Notes under the pieces: model-generated
Databases searched by the model: none
What the model saw: only the letters and a program-made list of their open reading frames with translations
Told to the model about the DNA's origin: nothing
DNA from: Deltaproteobacteria bacterium
GTDB taxonomy: Bacteria > Myxococcota_A > Polyangia > JAAYKL01
Assembly (NCBI GenBank): GCA_016937015.1
Contig: JAFGWT010000543.1
Coordinates: 30,440-94,439, forward strand
Direction of reading: 5' to 3'
Length of the DNA: 64,000 bases
Position numbers and translations under genes: made by a program
Shown here: positions 8,586 to 18,752 of the stretch, piece after piece
Position numbering within the stretch: the first letter of the stretch is position 1
Layout: each line of letters starts with the position of its first letter

Positions 8586-9878
8586 CTAACGTTTCAGGTT
8601 CACGATCTCCTGGTAAAGCTGATCCGCTGTGGTAATGGTTCGGCTGTTGGCCTGGAAACCGCGCTGATATGCAATCAGATCCACAAATTCCGCTGCAAGA
8701 TCCACGTTGGATTGCTCCAATGCGTTTGATGTGATGGACCCGGCAGAACCTTCGCCCGCGCCGCCCACGCGTGCTGCACCGGACCCCTGCGTTTCAGCCC
8801 AGAGATTGCCACCGGCGCGCGCCAGTTCACCCTCGGCGTTGAAAGTCGCCATTGCCACCTGACCCACCAGACGCTGTTCACCGTTGGAGTAAATGGCCAT
8901 CACATGGCCGTTGCCTTCAACTCCCACGCCGTTCAATTCCCCGGTGCCGTAGCCGTCCTGCTCCTGGCTGCGTATGATGCTCGATGCAGCATACTGGGTC
9001 ACGCCATCGAGGCCTGTACCGCCTTCGGCAATGCTTTCGCCAAAATCAACTTGAATATCCTGCGAAGATGCGCCAGCGAAGGTGACCGTAAAAGGTGCGC
9101 TGGTATCATCAGCGAGGAATCCATCTGTGGTGAACGTCATCGTTCCGTTGCCAACCTGAGCATATGCGCCTGGTGTGCCGCCTAAATCGCCGTCATCCAC
9201 CAGACCGTACCATGACCATGCATTGGCACCGGTTTTGGCAAAATAAACGTCCATACGGTGAGATTCGCCAAGCGAATCATATACGGTGATCGCCGTTGAA
9301 AAATTGGATGCAATACCGGGGTCAAAGTTGGGATCCGCCAGATTCCACGGCGCTGTCGGCACATCTGCACCGGAATCCAGGTTTGCGGAAATATCAATGT
9401 TTTCCGATGCCTGAGGTGGCAAAATGGTGTTGGCAATGCGCAGGTCGGTCAGTTGATTGCTGATGTTGCCATTTGCGGTCGCCAGGTACCCCTGCAGGGT
9501 TAATCCCGCAGGATTCACCAGGGCTCCGGAGTTATCAAGCGTAAACTGGCCGGCACGAGTGTAAAAGTCGTTGGTCCACCCTCCGTTATTGCCGTTTACA
9601 ATGAAGAAACCGTTTCCGTTGATGGCGAGATCCGTTGGTGACTCCGTTGTAATAAATGTCCCCTGCGAAAAAACTCGCGTTATCCCCTGAATGGTCGAAC
9701 CCGATCCTGGCGCATCCGTCGCCAGAATGGAATGTCCGAGCACGTCAGCGAATACCACGGATTCCGCCTTGTACCCTGTGGTGTTGACATTGGCGATGTT
9801 GTCACCCACCACGCCAAGCGCTTTGCCATGGGACGCCAGTCCGGCCACGCCTGTGTATAGGGTTTTGATGATACTCAT
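8586..9878 (-). CDS. flgE: flagellar hook protein FlgE
   Basis: N-terminal SxxxGLxxxxxxLxVxGNNIANxNTxGYK and C-terminal VDLAxEFVxLIxxQRGFQANSRxITTADQ signatures. Confidence 0.9.
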   Translation of the reverse strand: MSIIKTLYTGVAGLASHGKALGVVGDNIANVNTTGYKAESVVFADVLGHSILATDAPGSGSTIQGITRVFSQGTFITTESPTDLAINGNGFFIVNGNNGGWTNDFYTRAGQFTLDNSGALVNPAGLTLQGYLATANGNISNQLTDLRIANTILPPQASENIDISANLDSGADVPTAPWNLADPNFDPGIASNFSTAITVYDSLGESHRMDVYFAKTGANAWSWYGLVDDGDLGGTPGAYAQVGNGTMTFTTDGFLADDTSAPFTVTFAGASSQDIQVDFGESIAEGGTGLDGVTQYAASSIIRSQEQDGYGTGELNGVGVEGNGHVMAIYSNGEQRLVGQVAMATFNAEGELARAGGNLWAETQGSGAARVGGAGEGSAGSITSNALEQSNVDLAAEFVDLIAYQRGFQANSRTITTADQLYQEIVNLKR

Positions 9879-9932
9879 TCGAACTCTCCTTAGGCTGTTG
9901 GCACATCAGTGTGCCGCATTCCTAACACCTCA

Positions 9933-10610
9933 TCAGTTAGTCGTGCTGGGGTAAACTCCCACTATATTTGCTACAGTCGCCTGTAGATCACCCAGTTCCA
10001 GTATTGCGGATCCGCTGTTATAATTAACGCCGTCCACTTTAGCTCTAACGCGTGCTTCATATTGTATGGGGGTACCATCGCTGTCAGCCGCATGGACTGC
10101 CATTGTGTACACCCCCGCGGGTACCAGCTCCCCGTTGTTGTCCATAGTGTTCCATTCCACGTCCACCGATCCCATATTCTTCGAACCAAGATTCATGCTG
10201 CGAACCACGTCTCCAGCGCTGTTTGAAAAATCCACTATCACATTGTCCGCATTCTTGGTGAGTATGAATCCAGTATGGACCGGATCTCCTGTGCCATTAA
10301 CCATCATGTTTTTGCTGATAACTTCCACTTCCTTGCCGATATAGGATGCAGCGGAACTCTCGTATGCAGCCGTCTGAATGGTGCCCAGATTCGAGATCCC
10401 TTCGTTGACTGACACGAGCTGTTCCACGTTGGAGAAAGTGGCCAGCTGGGCGACAAACTCGTGATTCTTCATCGGCTCAAGCGGATCCTGATGCTGCATC
10501 TGAGAGATGAGCAATTTCAGAAAATCCTCCTTGCCCATAAATGAATTGTCAGAAGACTGACTTTTCAAAATCTGGGTTGTGGCACTTTCTGCGATGGTTC
10601 CAATAGTCAT
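9933..10610 (-). CDS. flgD: flagellar hook assembly/capping protein FlgD
   Basis: KEDFLKLLISQMQHQDPLEPMKNHEFVAQLATFSNVEQL matches FlgD N-terminal signature; position between fliK and flgE. Confidence 0.85.
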   Translation of the reverse strand: MTIGTIAESATTQILKSQSSDNSFMGKEDFLKLLISQMQHQDPLEPMKNHEFVAQLATFSNVEQLVSVNEGISNLGTIQTAAYESSAASYIGKEVEVISKNMMVNGTGDPVHTGFILTKNADNVIVDFSNSAGDVVRSMNLGSKNMGSVDVEWNTMDNNGELVPAGVYTMAVHAADSDGTPIQYEARVRAKVDGVNYNSGSAILELGDLQATVANIVGVYPSTTN

Positions 10611-10689
10611 TGTCTATTTCCTCATCGGTGCAAAATGCGTTGTCGCAAATTGCGGTGCATGCCGGATATGATCCATGGCATGACGAGTC

Positions 10690-11547
10690 TCATCGGAGAC
10701 CGGCGTGCGTTGACACTGTGGTCCCGTTGTTATGCTGTCCCTCAACTGAGCCAGCGCGCCTGTACCCTCGGGAAATCTCGAACTGTTCAAGGGAAAGGTC
10801 GATCCCTGAAAGCTGCCGTTTGAGCTCGCCGATTGCAAATGAGAGCGCAGCGGCCGCGCGACGGTCCGTAATGTGCGCGGTAATGAAGACCTTTTTTCCC
10901 TTAAGCGTAACATCCAGTTTTACTTCTCCCAGTTCCTTTAAATCCAGCGTCAAAAAAACGCTGTTTCTTTTGCTCAAGCTGGTACTACGCAAGACGCGTA
11001 CCAACTTTTTGAGTTCTGCCTCTGAAACCAGCGATACCAGTGCAGTCTTGCCTTGAGAAGGCGGGCGAGCAGGCATTGAAGCAAATGCAGATGCTGGAAT
11101 TTCCTTGTTAATTTGCGAATTTGCAACTTCAGATGCTTCAGATTGATGCCCCTTGTGAGCGCCGCGATGACGCGCATTCATCGAGTGATTGCTGTACTGC
11201 TGTTCAGGATTTTGACTACCGGTGCTTTTTACAGTGACAGTGGTATGACGTTTTTCTGACAGATCCCCAGAACTATTGACGCTTTCCGGGATAATCGCTG
11301 GCAGGCAGTGATGTACTGGCCTGTCGTGTCTTTTCTGTTCCTCTTTGTCAGGATTTCCACCTGGGTTCGCTGCGGCAGCGTATAGAGATGCGCCAATTGA
11401 ACCAGCATCGGTGCCTGCTTTTTGACGGGTTTCTTCCATTAATCGGGCAAATGGTGTCAACGCGGGATCCTGTATCACCACTGAATTCGTTGACATGTGC
11501 ATCGGAGGTGCAGGAGTATGGGGCATGGGCAAATCAATCTGCATCAT
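10690..11547 (-). CDS. fliK: flagellar hook-length control protein FliK
   Basis: Pro/Ala/Gln-rich N-terminal half, C-terminal L-x-L-x-L-x-E-L-G-x-V-x-L FliK_C-like segment; position fliJ-flbB-fliK-flgD; ATGA overlap with upstream gene. Confidence 0.7.
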   Translation of the reverse strand: MMQIDLPMPHTPAPPMHMSTNSVVIQDPALTPFARLMEETRQKAGTDAGSIGASLYAAAANPGGNPDKEEQKRHDRPVHHCLPAIIPESVNSSGDLSEKRHTTVTVKSTGSQNPEQQYSNHSMNARHRGAHKGHQSEASEVANSQINKEIPASAFASMPARPPSQGKTALVSLVSEAELKKLVRVLRSTSLSKRNSVFLTLDLKELGEVKLDVTLKGKKVFITAHITDRRAAAALSFAIGELKRQLSGIDLSLEQFEISRGYRRAGSVEGQHNNGTTVSTHAGLR

Positions 11548-12374
11548 TTCTGCTCTCCATCCGTGTCGGTCTTTCCATCGGGCGCTTCTGGCAATGCCAC
11601 GTCTTCCAGCTCCGGAACGGTTGGTACCCTGGGGCCCATCAGGCCGCGCGCGAGCTCCGCGGCCTTTACAGGTGCCATATTGCTTAAAATCTCCGCGGTC
11701 TTGGTGCTGCTCAGTCCGCTCAACACTTCAATTGCGTCTTCAGTGGGCATTGACGTAATCATTTGTGCGCAGGATTGAGGATTCATCCCTTCGATGGTTT
11801 TGAGCAGCTGTTCAACCCGTTGCTGCCTCTCTTTTCGCAACCGTTGAATCTCTGGCTGTAGGCTTTCTTTGTTTTCAGATTCTGTGTAATTAAGATATTT
11901 TACAATGAATTCTTTATGTTTTTCTTTGATTTTTTCCCAGTGCTTCAGGAGCTTTTCATGCTCTTTTTTATACTGTTCAGCAATCTGTGCACCGGCATTG
12001 TTAAGGGTGTCCTGGGTATCGCTTCTGAGTTTTTCAAGGGCCGATTTCTGAAACAGTGCCTCGGATTCAAGCCGGGTAACCATCTGTTCCCGCTGGATTA
12101 TGTCCCGTTCCTTCTGTTCCAGGCTGACGCGTTTTGCTTCGAGCAGCTGCGCAATTTCCACCAGTTCGTTCCCGGTTACCTGGATCGGCGGAATTGCGGA
12201 TAAATCGATCACCTTGTCTTTCGTCGCCGCGCCATTTTCAGTTTCCGCCGCCGTATCTTCGGTGTCCGCAGTATTTGAATCCCTTGCTGTATCTTTGGAT
12301 TTGTCGGACTTTTCAAAATATCCGCAGCCTGCAATAAAAACCAGCCAACCATATATAAATATACGCGTTATCAC
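11544..12374 (-). CDS. flbB: flagellar operon MgtE_N-domain protein (FlbB / YlxF-like)
   Basis: N-terminal TM/lipobox, coiled coil, C-terminal MgtE_N-like segment (AQMITSMPTEDAIEVLSGLSSTKTAEILSNMAPVKAAEL); occupies the ylxF slot of Bacillus/spirochaete fla operons. Confidence 0.6.
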   Translation of the reverse strand: MITRIFIYGWLVFIAGCGYFEKSDKSKDTARDSNTADTEDTAAETENGAATKDKVIDLSAIPPIQVTGNELVEIAQLLEAKRVSLEQKERDIIQREQMVTRLESEALFQKSALEKLRSDTQDTLNNAGAQIAEQYKKEHEKLLKHWEKIKEKHKEFIVKYLNYTESENKESLQPEIQRLRKERQQRVEQLLKTIEGMNPQSCAQMITSMPTEDAIEVLSGLSSTKTAEILSNMAPVKAAELARGLMGPRVPTVPELEDVALPEAPDGKTDTDGEQK

Positions 12375-12814
12375 CGATGTGCCTCCCGTGTGGCGGTCAG
12401 ATCATCAATCTCAGACTGCTGTTTGAGACTCTGGTCCCTCTCCAATGCCTCTTTCCGATGTGTGTGCAGCGTTTCCATCTGTTTTACTCTTTTATGCGAT
12501 GCAAGCAGCTTTGCACGCCTGGCCTCGGTGTCGTGCTTTTTCTGTGCCAACTGATTCTCACTTTTTCGCAGGTCCGACTGCGCCCATTTGGCACTCTGTT
12601 CGGCAAGGGCGAGGTCTTCCGGCGTAATGCTCTTTCCCGTGATGTCACGAATCGCATTCAATTCGCCATCAAGCGCCTGCATGGCCATGTCGCGTTCGGA
12701 TTCGGCATGGGCTTCGTTTCGTCGTGCTTCGTCCATTTCTTTGGCGTCGATATCCCGCTGGCGTTCCCGGAACGCGATGAGCCTTTTGATTTTTCTAATG
12801 TTTTCGGCTGTCAT
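12371..12814 (-). CDS. fliJ: flagellar export chaperone FliJ
   Basis: 147-aa charged coiled-coil protein immediately downstream of fliI, 4-nt overlaps on both sides. Confidence 0.7.
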   Translation of the reverse strand: MTAENIRKIKRLIAFRERQRDIDAKEMDEARRNEAHAESERDMAMQALDGELNAIRDITGKSITPEDLALAEQSAKWAQSDLRKSENQLAQKKHDTEARRAKLLASHKRVKQMETLHTHRKEALERDQSLKQQSEIDDLTATREAHR

Positions 12815-14163
12815 GAGTTGCGCCTTTTGTTCTTCCGACTCCCCGCTTCAACCTGCCTTATCAGCGTCGCCAATTGCTGCGTGGATTCGTCGTAGCCGGA
12901 ACGGGTTGTCTGAGGCTGGGATACGTAGTTCATGAACAGGGGCATGAACTGTATGGCCTTGTCAACCGTGGCATCACTGCCCTGCTGGTATGCGCCAATT
13001 TTGATCAAATCTTCGGCCTGATAGTAGTCTGACAGCATGGCGCTGGCCTCTCTGGCAGCGGCCATATTTTCAGGGGAGGATAACTGGGTTATCAGTCGCG
13101 ATTTGCTGGAAAGTACATCCACCGCCGGATAAATACCCCGGTTTGCATAGTCCCTTGACAAAATGATGTGTCCATCCAGCAGGGCTCGCGTGCTGTCTGC
13201 CACTGGGTCCACCATATCGTCGCCTTCCACCAAAACCGTGTAAATGCCTGTAATGCTGCCATTTTTGCTGTTGCCAGCGCGCTCCAGAAGCCTGGCGAGC
13301 TCGACAAATACAGAAGGCGGATATCCTTTGGTAGCCGGTAATTCACCACCTGCGAGTCCCACTTCCCGCAACGCCATCGCATATCGGGTCAGTGAATCGA
13401 GCAGCAGTACCACCCGTCGTCCCTTATCCCGAAAATATTCGGCAATCGATGTAGCGTAGAGAGCGCCACGAACACGGGTTAGGGGGGCCTGATCCCCTGT
13501 TACCGCCACCACGCAGGTGCGGCTTCGGTTTTCGGCAGTGACGGCATCCTCTACGAACTCGCGGACTTCACGGCCGCGTTCTCCCACCAGTCCAATCACG
13601 CAAACATCGAATTCGCCATGCATGCTCAGCATTGAAAGCAGAGTGGTTTTGCCAACACCCGCACCCGCGTAAATCCCCACACGTTGCCCCTGGCCCAGCG
13701 TCAGCATCGAATCGAGAACCCGGACGCCTGTTTCGAGAATCCTGTCGATGCGGGTTCGGCTCATTGGACTTGGAGGCGTGCCTCGGAGGGATTGTCGGGC
13801 GTTCAGCGTCAATGGCTTGTCATCGAGGGCACGGCCATGGGCGTCCACAATCCGTCCCAGCAGTTCATCGCCCACCGGAACCAGAGTATCCGTATTGCGC
13901 AATGTGGCGGTGCATCCGGTGAAAATGCCTTCGAGCGAATCAAATGCCATGCATAGGACATGATCTTCATCAATTCCTATCGCTTCTGCTGCCAGCGGTC
14001 TGGACGCACCCGGTGGCCACAAATCCACCTGCTGGCCCACAGATGCCCGTAATCCGCGCACTTTCAGCACCGGACCCACAATGGAAATCACCTGTCCCTC
14101 CATCTTCAGCCGGGACAGTTCCTTCATATGCGCAATGAACTGCTGCTCCTGTGCGGCCAGCAT
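12811..14163 (-). CDS. fliI: flagellum-specific ATPase FliI
   Basis: Walker A GIYAGAGVGKTTLL, Walker B VVLLLDSLTRYA, F1-beta-like fold; flanked by fliH and fliJ. Confidence 0.95.
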   Translation of the reverse strand: MLAAQEQQFIAHMKELSRLKMEGQVISIVGPVLKVRGLRASVGQQVDLWPPGASRPLAAEAIGIDEDHVLCMAFDSLEGIFTGCTATLRNTDTLVPVGDELLGRIVDAHGRALDDKPLTLNARQSLRGTPPSPMSRTRIDRILETGVRVLDSMLTLGQGQRVGIYAGAGVGKTTLLSMLSMHGEFDVCVIGLVGERGREVREFVEDAVTAENRSRTCVVAVTGDQAPLTRVRGALYATSIAEYFRDKGRRVVLLLDSLTRYAMALREVGLAGGELPATKGYPPSVFVELARLLERAGNSKNGSITGIYTVLVEGDDMVDPVADSTRALLDGHIILSRDYANRGIYPAVDVLSSKSRLITQLSSPENMAAAREASAMLSDYYQAEDLIKIGAYQQGSDATVDKAIQFMPLFMNYVSQPQTTRSGYDESTQQLATLIRQVEAGSRKNKRRNS

Positions 14164-14828
14164 CAGATGTCTCCTCCCTGCTCAAGTGAAAACAAAGTTT
14201 TCAGCTTCGCCAGCCGCTGGAATACCTCTGCGTTAACCGTTTTCCTGCCTGCATTCACCACACACCCCATCGCGGACACCGACGGGTCCACCTTAACGGT
14301 CACATTCTCCATCTCCTCCAGGAGATTCAGTAATTCGTGCTCTTCAAATGCGGCGTGGATGTCCGGATGCAGTCGCACCACTGGGCGATCCGATTCATCA
14401 AACATTCCTAGAGATTCTTTAACAATTTCAATTGTTTTCTCCGGTTTTGCCTCAAGAGTGCCACAGGTCAGCTGTTCAGCGATGGCGAAGGCCAGTCTGA
14501 CACAGAATGAGAGATCCCGTTCTGTCATTTCCTTCCTGACCCGTGCCAGCTCGCTGATGGATGTGGCCAACAACTTCAGATTGTTTTCAACCCTCGGGTC
14601 CGGCTCGGGTTCGGGTGGCGGCGGCGGCGGTGGTTCCGGCTCGGGCGGTGGCGGTGGTTCCGATTTTGGCCTGCTGTGCATCTGCGGCCCCGGTTGCGGC
14701 GTTGCGAATGGTTGTCCAATAACAATATTTGAAATCGGCTCTTCTGCCGCAGCTTTCGCGGACGCACCAGACCAGTCCGGCGTTCCCACATCAAATCCAC
14801 CTTTGTTCTCCGGATCGAACCAGATCAT
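14163..14828 (-). CDS. fliH: flagellar assembly protein FliH
   Basis: position between fliG and fliI; coiled-coil then FliH_C-like segment; contains an EPEPPPPPPPEPEP low-complexity insert. Confidence 0.7.
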   Translation of the reverse strand: MIWFDPENKGGFDVGTPDWSGASAKAAAEEPISNIVIGQPFATPQPGPQMHSRPKSEPPPPPEPEPPPPPPPEPEPDPRVENNLKLLATSISELARVRKEMTERDLSFCVRLAFAIAEQLTCGTLEAKPEKTIEIVKESLGMFDESDRPVVRLHPDIHAAFEEHELLNLLEEMENVTVKVDPSVSAMGCVVNAGRKTVNAEVFQRLAKLKTLFSLEQGGDI

Positions 14829-15868
14829 ACAATTTCCTCTCCGCCACGTCCCGCGACCACGATGGCACCTTCTGATTCAAGCCGCAATGCCGTATCCACA
14901 ATCTCCTGCTGTGCCTTTTCCACCTCGGACAACTTGACCGGACCCATGGCCGCAAGGTCGTCCAAAAGTATCTCCGCGGCACGACTCGACACCGACGACA
15001 ATATTTTGTCCCGCAGGGTATCGCTTGCGGTCTTGAGTGCGAGTACCAGCTGATCGTTGCTGATTTCCTTGATGACCGCCTGCATGCCGCGGCCCTGAAC
15101 ACTTATAAGATCTTCGAATCCAAACATCGCTCGTCGCAGGCGCAGCACCATCCCCGGATCCTCATCCCCAATATTGGTGAGCAGATCCTCGGTTTCATCA
15201 ATGGATAGATTGGAAAGGATGCCAGCCACCCGTGCAATCCCATCCACCTGGATACTGTCTCCGGAATCCACTTCGGACAGCTGGTCTTCAACCGCCGTAA
15301 ACAGGGCGGTAACCGTCGAATTGGGAATCGATTCCAGGGTCGCCATTTTGGCCAGGATTTTGGCCTGGATTTCCCCATCCATCAGGCTCAGCACTTTGGC
15401 GGCGTACCCCGGGGATAGCTCCGCCAGAATGGCAGCAACCACCTGCGGGTTTTCAGGCTCAAGCACAGCAACCACTTCTTCAGGCGTTCTTTTTTCGATG
15501 GATGCATATGGTTTGTCGTGGTCGGTTTCCTTGAAAAGGGAGCGACTTCGGTCACTTCCAAGGGAACGCTGTGCCAGCCTTTCAATGTATGCAGTTCCGG
15601 CGCCTGCCGGTAGAACTGGGGTTCGCGCGTCGTTTAGAAAATCGCGATATGTTCTGGCAAGGGAGGTTGAATCGGTTTGATATTCCTTACCTGCCAGCGC
15701 GTGCAGCATTCGAATATCCTCGGGACTCATGTGGCGAAGCACTTTTGATACAGTGTCTTCTTCTAGAGACATTATCAGCAGCACGGCCTGCGTGGGCTTT
15801 GTCAATTCCACGTACTTTTTCTGCTCCGCGGGTGGATTGGCGGGCTGCTTAGCGATTTGCGTTGCCAT
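14825..15868 (-). CDS. fliG: flagellar motor switch protein FliG
   Basis: 347 aa; armadillo-like repeats, conserved charged C-terminal torque helix region (..ILLDDLAAMGPVKLSEVEKAQQEIV..). Confidence 0.9.
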   Translation of the reverse strand: MATQIAKQPANPPAEQKKYVELTKPTQAVLLIMSLEEDTVSKVLRHMSPEDIRMLHALAGKEYQTDSTSLARTYRDFLNDARTPVLPAGAGTAYIERLAQRSLGSDRSRSLFKETDHDKPYASIEKRTPEEVVAVLEPENPQVVAAILAELSPGYAAKVLSLMDGEIQAKILAKMATLESIPNSTVTALFTAVEDQLSEVDSGDSIQVDGIARVAGILSNLSIDETEDLLTNIGDEDPGMVLRLRRAMFGFEDLISVQGRGMQAVIKEISNDQLVLALKTASDTLRDKILSSVSSRAAEILLDDLAAMGPVKLSEVEKAQQEIVDTALRLESEGAIVVAGRGGEEIV

Positions 15869-17601
15869 CAGCTGTTCTCCCTCGCTGCCACGGGTTTTTC
15901 ATGAATCCATTTTTTAATGATGCGGGCAGCAGTTTCGCTGTCTTCTTCAAACACGTTTTTCACCTGCGCCATCATTTCGGTTGTGCGATTGGCGTATTCC
16001 TCGAATCCAGGCGGAGCGTTAAAAATTGACATGTCCGGAAGAGATGCCACAGATTGGGGGGACATCCCGTCGGTCTGGCCTGGCAACTGTCTGTTTTGTT
16101 CCTCGATCATTGATTCCAGCTCATGTACCGGTCTGGGGAAGGGAAGGGTGCCAGTACCGGGCTGCGCACCCAGAAAATGTGTTCCCATGGACGCCGTCGC
16201 GGGTTGGTGGCGTTTTCTGAATGTGGCCAGCGCCAAAAATGCAAACAGCACCACCAGAACGCCAACTGCGATGGGCAGGTACTGTTTCCACGGGAACGGC
16301 GCCTTAATCGCCTCGTCGTCCAGCGGTTCGGGCTGATGGAAGGAAATGGACTGAACAGAGATCTGATCCCCCCGATTCTTGCTGTACCCTATCGCGCCCT
16401 GAACGGCGGTTTCAATTTTTTTCAGCTCCTCTTTTGAGCGGGGGACAAACTTTTCGCCCTCTTTATTAACTCCATCAACCAGCACCGAAATGGTGATTCT
16501 TTCCAGTTCACTTCCGGTGCCAATCGTTTTTTTGACGATTTTATCGATTTCCCAGTTTTTGGTTTCCAGTTCCTTGCGCGTGTTGCTCTGCGCGTTATTG
16601 GATCCTGGCTGTTCCCCCCCCGGCAGATTGGACCGCGAACCGGGAATCCCCTCGCCACCACCGCTTTGCGTCCCAGCCACTTCCAGTTCCCTGCGCTCAC
16701 TGCGGACAGCTGTTTTGGCAGGGTCGTAATGTTCCTCCTGAACTTCGTTTTTACTGAAGTCAAATTCGGCCGCCACTCGGGTAATTGATTTGCCAGGCCC
16801 CACGAGCTGGTCGAGCATCTCCTGAACGCTCTGCTGGATGTTTTGCTCATAGCGGGTTTTAAACTCCATGCCCTCGCCACCGTTGCCCCCCACACCTGAC
16901 CTGGCGGACAAGAGCTTTCCGTGGGTGTCGACAATCGTTACCTGATCGGGGGAGAGTCCTTCCACACTCGATGATACAAGGTGAACAATGGCACTTACGG
17001 TCTCTTTGGGGAGTTCCCGTCCCCGGTGAAGCTCAAGAATCACGGAAGCCTGCGCAGGTGTTGACTCCTTGCCGAGCAGCGTGCGCTTGGGCAGAACCAG
17101 GTTGGCCTTTGCGTTTTTCACAACATTGATGCGGGCGATGGTACGTGACAATTCGCCTTCCAGTGCCCGTCTCATGGCAACGCGTTCTTCGAATTCGGTC
17201 ATCCCGAACTGTTGGTGATCAAACAGTTCGAAACCGACGCCGCCGCCGGTGGGCAGTCCTTCAGTGGCCAGTTCAAGACGCAGTTCGTGAAGACTTTCGT
17301 CGGGAACCAGAATTCGTGTGCCAGCCTCTTCAAGCCGGTAAGGAATTTTTTTGCCTTTCACAAATTCAATGATCGCCGAAGCGTCTTCGGGGGTCAGATT
17401 ATTGTAAAGCGTGCGATAACTGTTGTTTTCGACAGTCATCAGCATCGCGGTGGCGCCAAGAGTAAGAATCCCGATGATAATTACCGACGCTTTCAGCATC
17501 CTGGGCTGTTGTTGCCAGAATCCTTTGACCTGCAGCAGCTTTTCCCTGGCCACATCCTGGGGCTGCTTTTTAACGCCGTTAGTCTGATTATTGTTGTCCA
17601 T
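15868..17601 (-). CDS. fliF: flagellar M-ring protein FliF
   Basis: 577 aa, two TM segments flanking a large periplasmic domain, C-terminal FliG-binding tail; canonical fliE-fliF-fliG order. Confidence 0.9.
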   Translation of the reverse strand: MDNNNQTNGVKKQPQDVAREKLLQVKGFWQQQPRMLKASVIIIGILTLGATAMLMTVENNSYRTLYNNLTPEDASAIIEFVKGKKIPYRLEEAGTRILVPDESLHELRLELATEGLPTGGGVGFELFDHQQFGMTEFEERVAMRRALEGELSRTIARINVVKNAKANLVLPKRTLLGKESTPAQASVILELHRGRELPKETVSAIVHLVSSSVEGLSPDQVTIVDTHGKLLSARSGVGGNGGEGMEFKTRYEQNIQQSVQEMLDQLVGPGKSITRVAAEFDFSKNEVQEEHYDPAKTAVRSERRELEVAGTQSGGGEGIPGSRSNLPGGEQPGSNNAQSNTRKELETKNWEIDKIVKKTIGTGSELERITISVLVDGVNKEGEKFVPRSKEELKKIETAVQGAIGYSKNRGDQISVQSISFHQPEPLDDEAIKAPFPWKQYLPIAVGVLVVLFAFLALATFRKRHQPATASMGTHFLGAQPGTGTLPFPRPVHELESMIEEQNRQLPGQTDGMSPQSVASLPDMSIFNAPPGFEEYANRTTEMMAQVKNVFEEDSETAARIIKKWIHEKPVAARENS

Positions 17602-17617
17602 TTATTATCCTTCGGAA

Positions 17618-17905
17618 TTACATTCTCATGTTCATAACTTCCTGGTACGCCATCAGCATTCGATTTCGTACCGCGCCAACCAGCTTGAATGTGATGGTGG
17701 CCCTCTCCGCTGCTATCATGGTGTCATGAATATTATTGTGTTTACCCGCTGCAAAATCCGCCCCTATCTGCTCCGATTCCTTCATGATATTGTTCGCCTT
17801 CGACAGAAAATCACTGAAGTGGTCGCCCAGATCAGGCTTCTTAATATTGTTCTCGGTTAAAAGAACACCCTGCAGCGACGATGTTTCAATGGGGCCGACA
17901 GGCAT
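17618..17905 (-). CDS. fliE: flagellar hook-basal body protein FliE
   Basis: 95 aa, FSDFLKxAxxxxxExxxxxDxxxxxxAxGKxNNIHDTMIA...FKLxxxVRNRxxxAYQEVMNMRM signature. Confidence 0.85.
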   Translation of the reverse strand: MPVGPIETSSLQGVLLTENNIKKPDLGDHFSDFLSKANNIMKESEQIGADFAAGKHNNIHDTMIAAERATITFKLVGAVRNRMLMAYQEVMNMRM

Positions 17906-18348
17906 TAGATGTTACCTCCGATACCAAGTGCGGAACGTCCCACCCGGCCTACGGCTTTCATTGCTGTCGCGCCCGCATCATAGGCACGGGACGCCATAAT
18001 CATGTTCACCATTTCCTCGGTGACATTCACATTTGGATAAGCCACAAAACCAGCCTGATCAGCGTCAGGATGGGAGGGATCATACACCATCTGAGCGGGA
18101 TTCTGATCTGTGACAATCTCCTTCACCCGCACGCCATGCGCCTGTTGCGACAGTCGGTCACCGAGCAGCTCTTCGAACTTGTTCTGCACCGGGTCCGATT
18201 GAAAAACCGGATCCTTGCGACGATAGGGACCGCCTTCTTCAGTTCTTGTGGTCTGAGCATTGGCGAGATTGGACGCAACGATGTTTAGCCTGGTGCGCTG
18301 CGCCGTTAAAGACGACGAAATGATTTCCATTGCGCTGAAAACGTTCAT
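17905..18348 (-). CDS. flgC: flagellar basal-body rod protein FlgC
   Basis: MNVFSAMEIISSSLTAQRTRLNIVASNLANAQTT N-terminus and C-terminal rod motif (EMVNMIMASRAYDAGATAMKA). Confidence 0.9.
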   Translation of the reverse strand: MNVFSAMEIISSSLTAQRTRLNIVASNLANAQTTRTEEGGPYRRKDPVFQSDPVQNKFEELLGDRLSQQAHGVRVKEIVTDQNPAQMVYDPSHPDADQAGFVAYPNVNVTEEMVNMIMASRAYDAGATAMKAVGRVGRSALGIGGNI

Positions 18349-18359
18349 GCTACGCTCCT

Positions 18360-18752
18360 TTATCTACCATCCGCAGCCGCATACTTCAGGATGCCCAGCT
18401 GGTGGCTGACCACTTTGCTCACAGTTTCATATCTCAGGGTATTGGCGTTCAACTGAGCCATTTCCTTGTCGAGACTCACATAGTTCAAGTCATTTCCGGG
18501 AACGTGATCCCGAACTTCGTAAACCTCGTATTCGCTGGCCAGTCCCAGTCCGTTGGTTTTGTAGTGCGTGTCATGGGTGCGCTGCAGCGCCATTGCGAAT
18601 TCACTACCCCCTTCAAAATCGCTTCGTTTTATTTCTTTAGGGGTAAATCCCGGGGTATCCACGTTGGCGATATTCCCCGAAATGAGATTTTGCCGCGCCA
18701 TATGAAAATTCAGGGCGCTCGCAACGCCGTTCACATTGTCAAACATGCTCAT
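18360..18752 (-). CDS. flgB: flagellar basal-body rod protein FlgB
   Basis: SGNIANVDTPGF rod motif, 130 aa, precedes flgC. Confidence 0.9.
   Translation of the reverse strand: MSMFDNVNGVASALNFHMARQNLISGNIANVDTPGFTPKEIKRSDFEGGSEFAMALQRTHDTHYKTNGLGLASEYEVYEVRDHVPGNDLNYVSLDKEMAQLNANTLRYETVSKVVSHQLGILKYAAADGR

Noticed and set aside
14128-14937. 269-aa plus-strand ORF with a poly-Gly/Ser run opposite fliH/fliG.
   Set aside because: It is the antisense of the Pro/Glu-rich low-complexity insert in fliH. fliH/fliG assignments on the minus strand are strongly supported by operon context.
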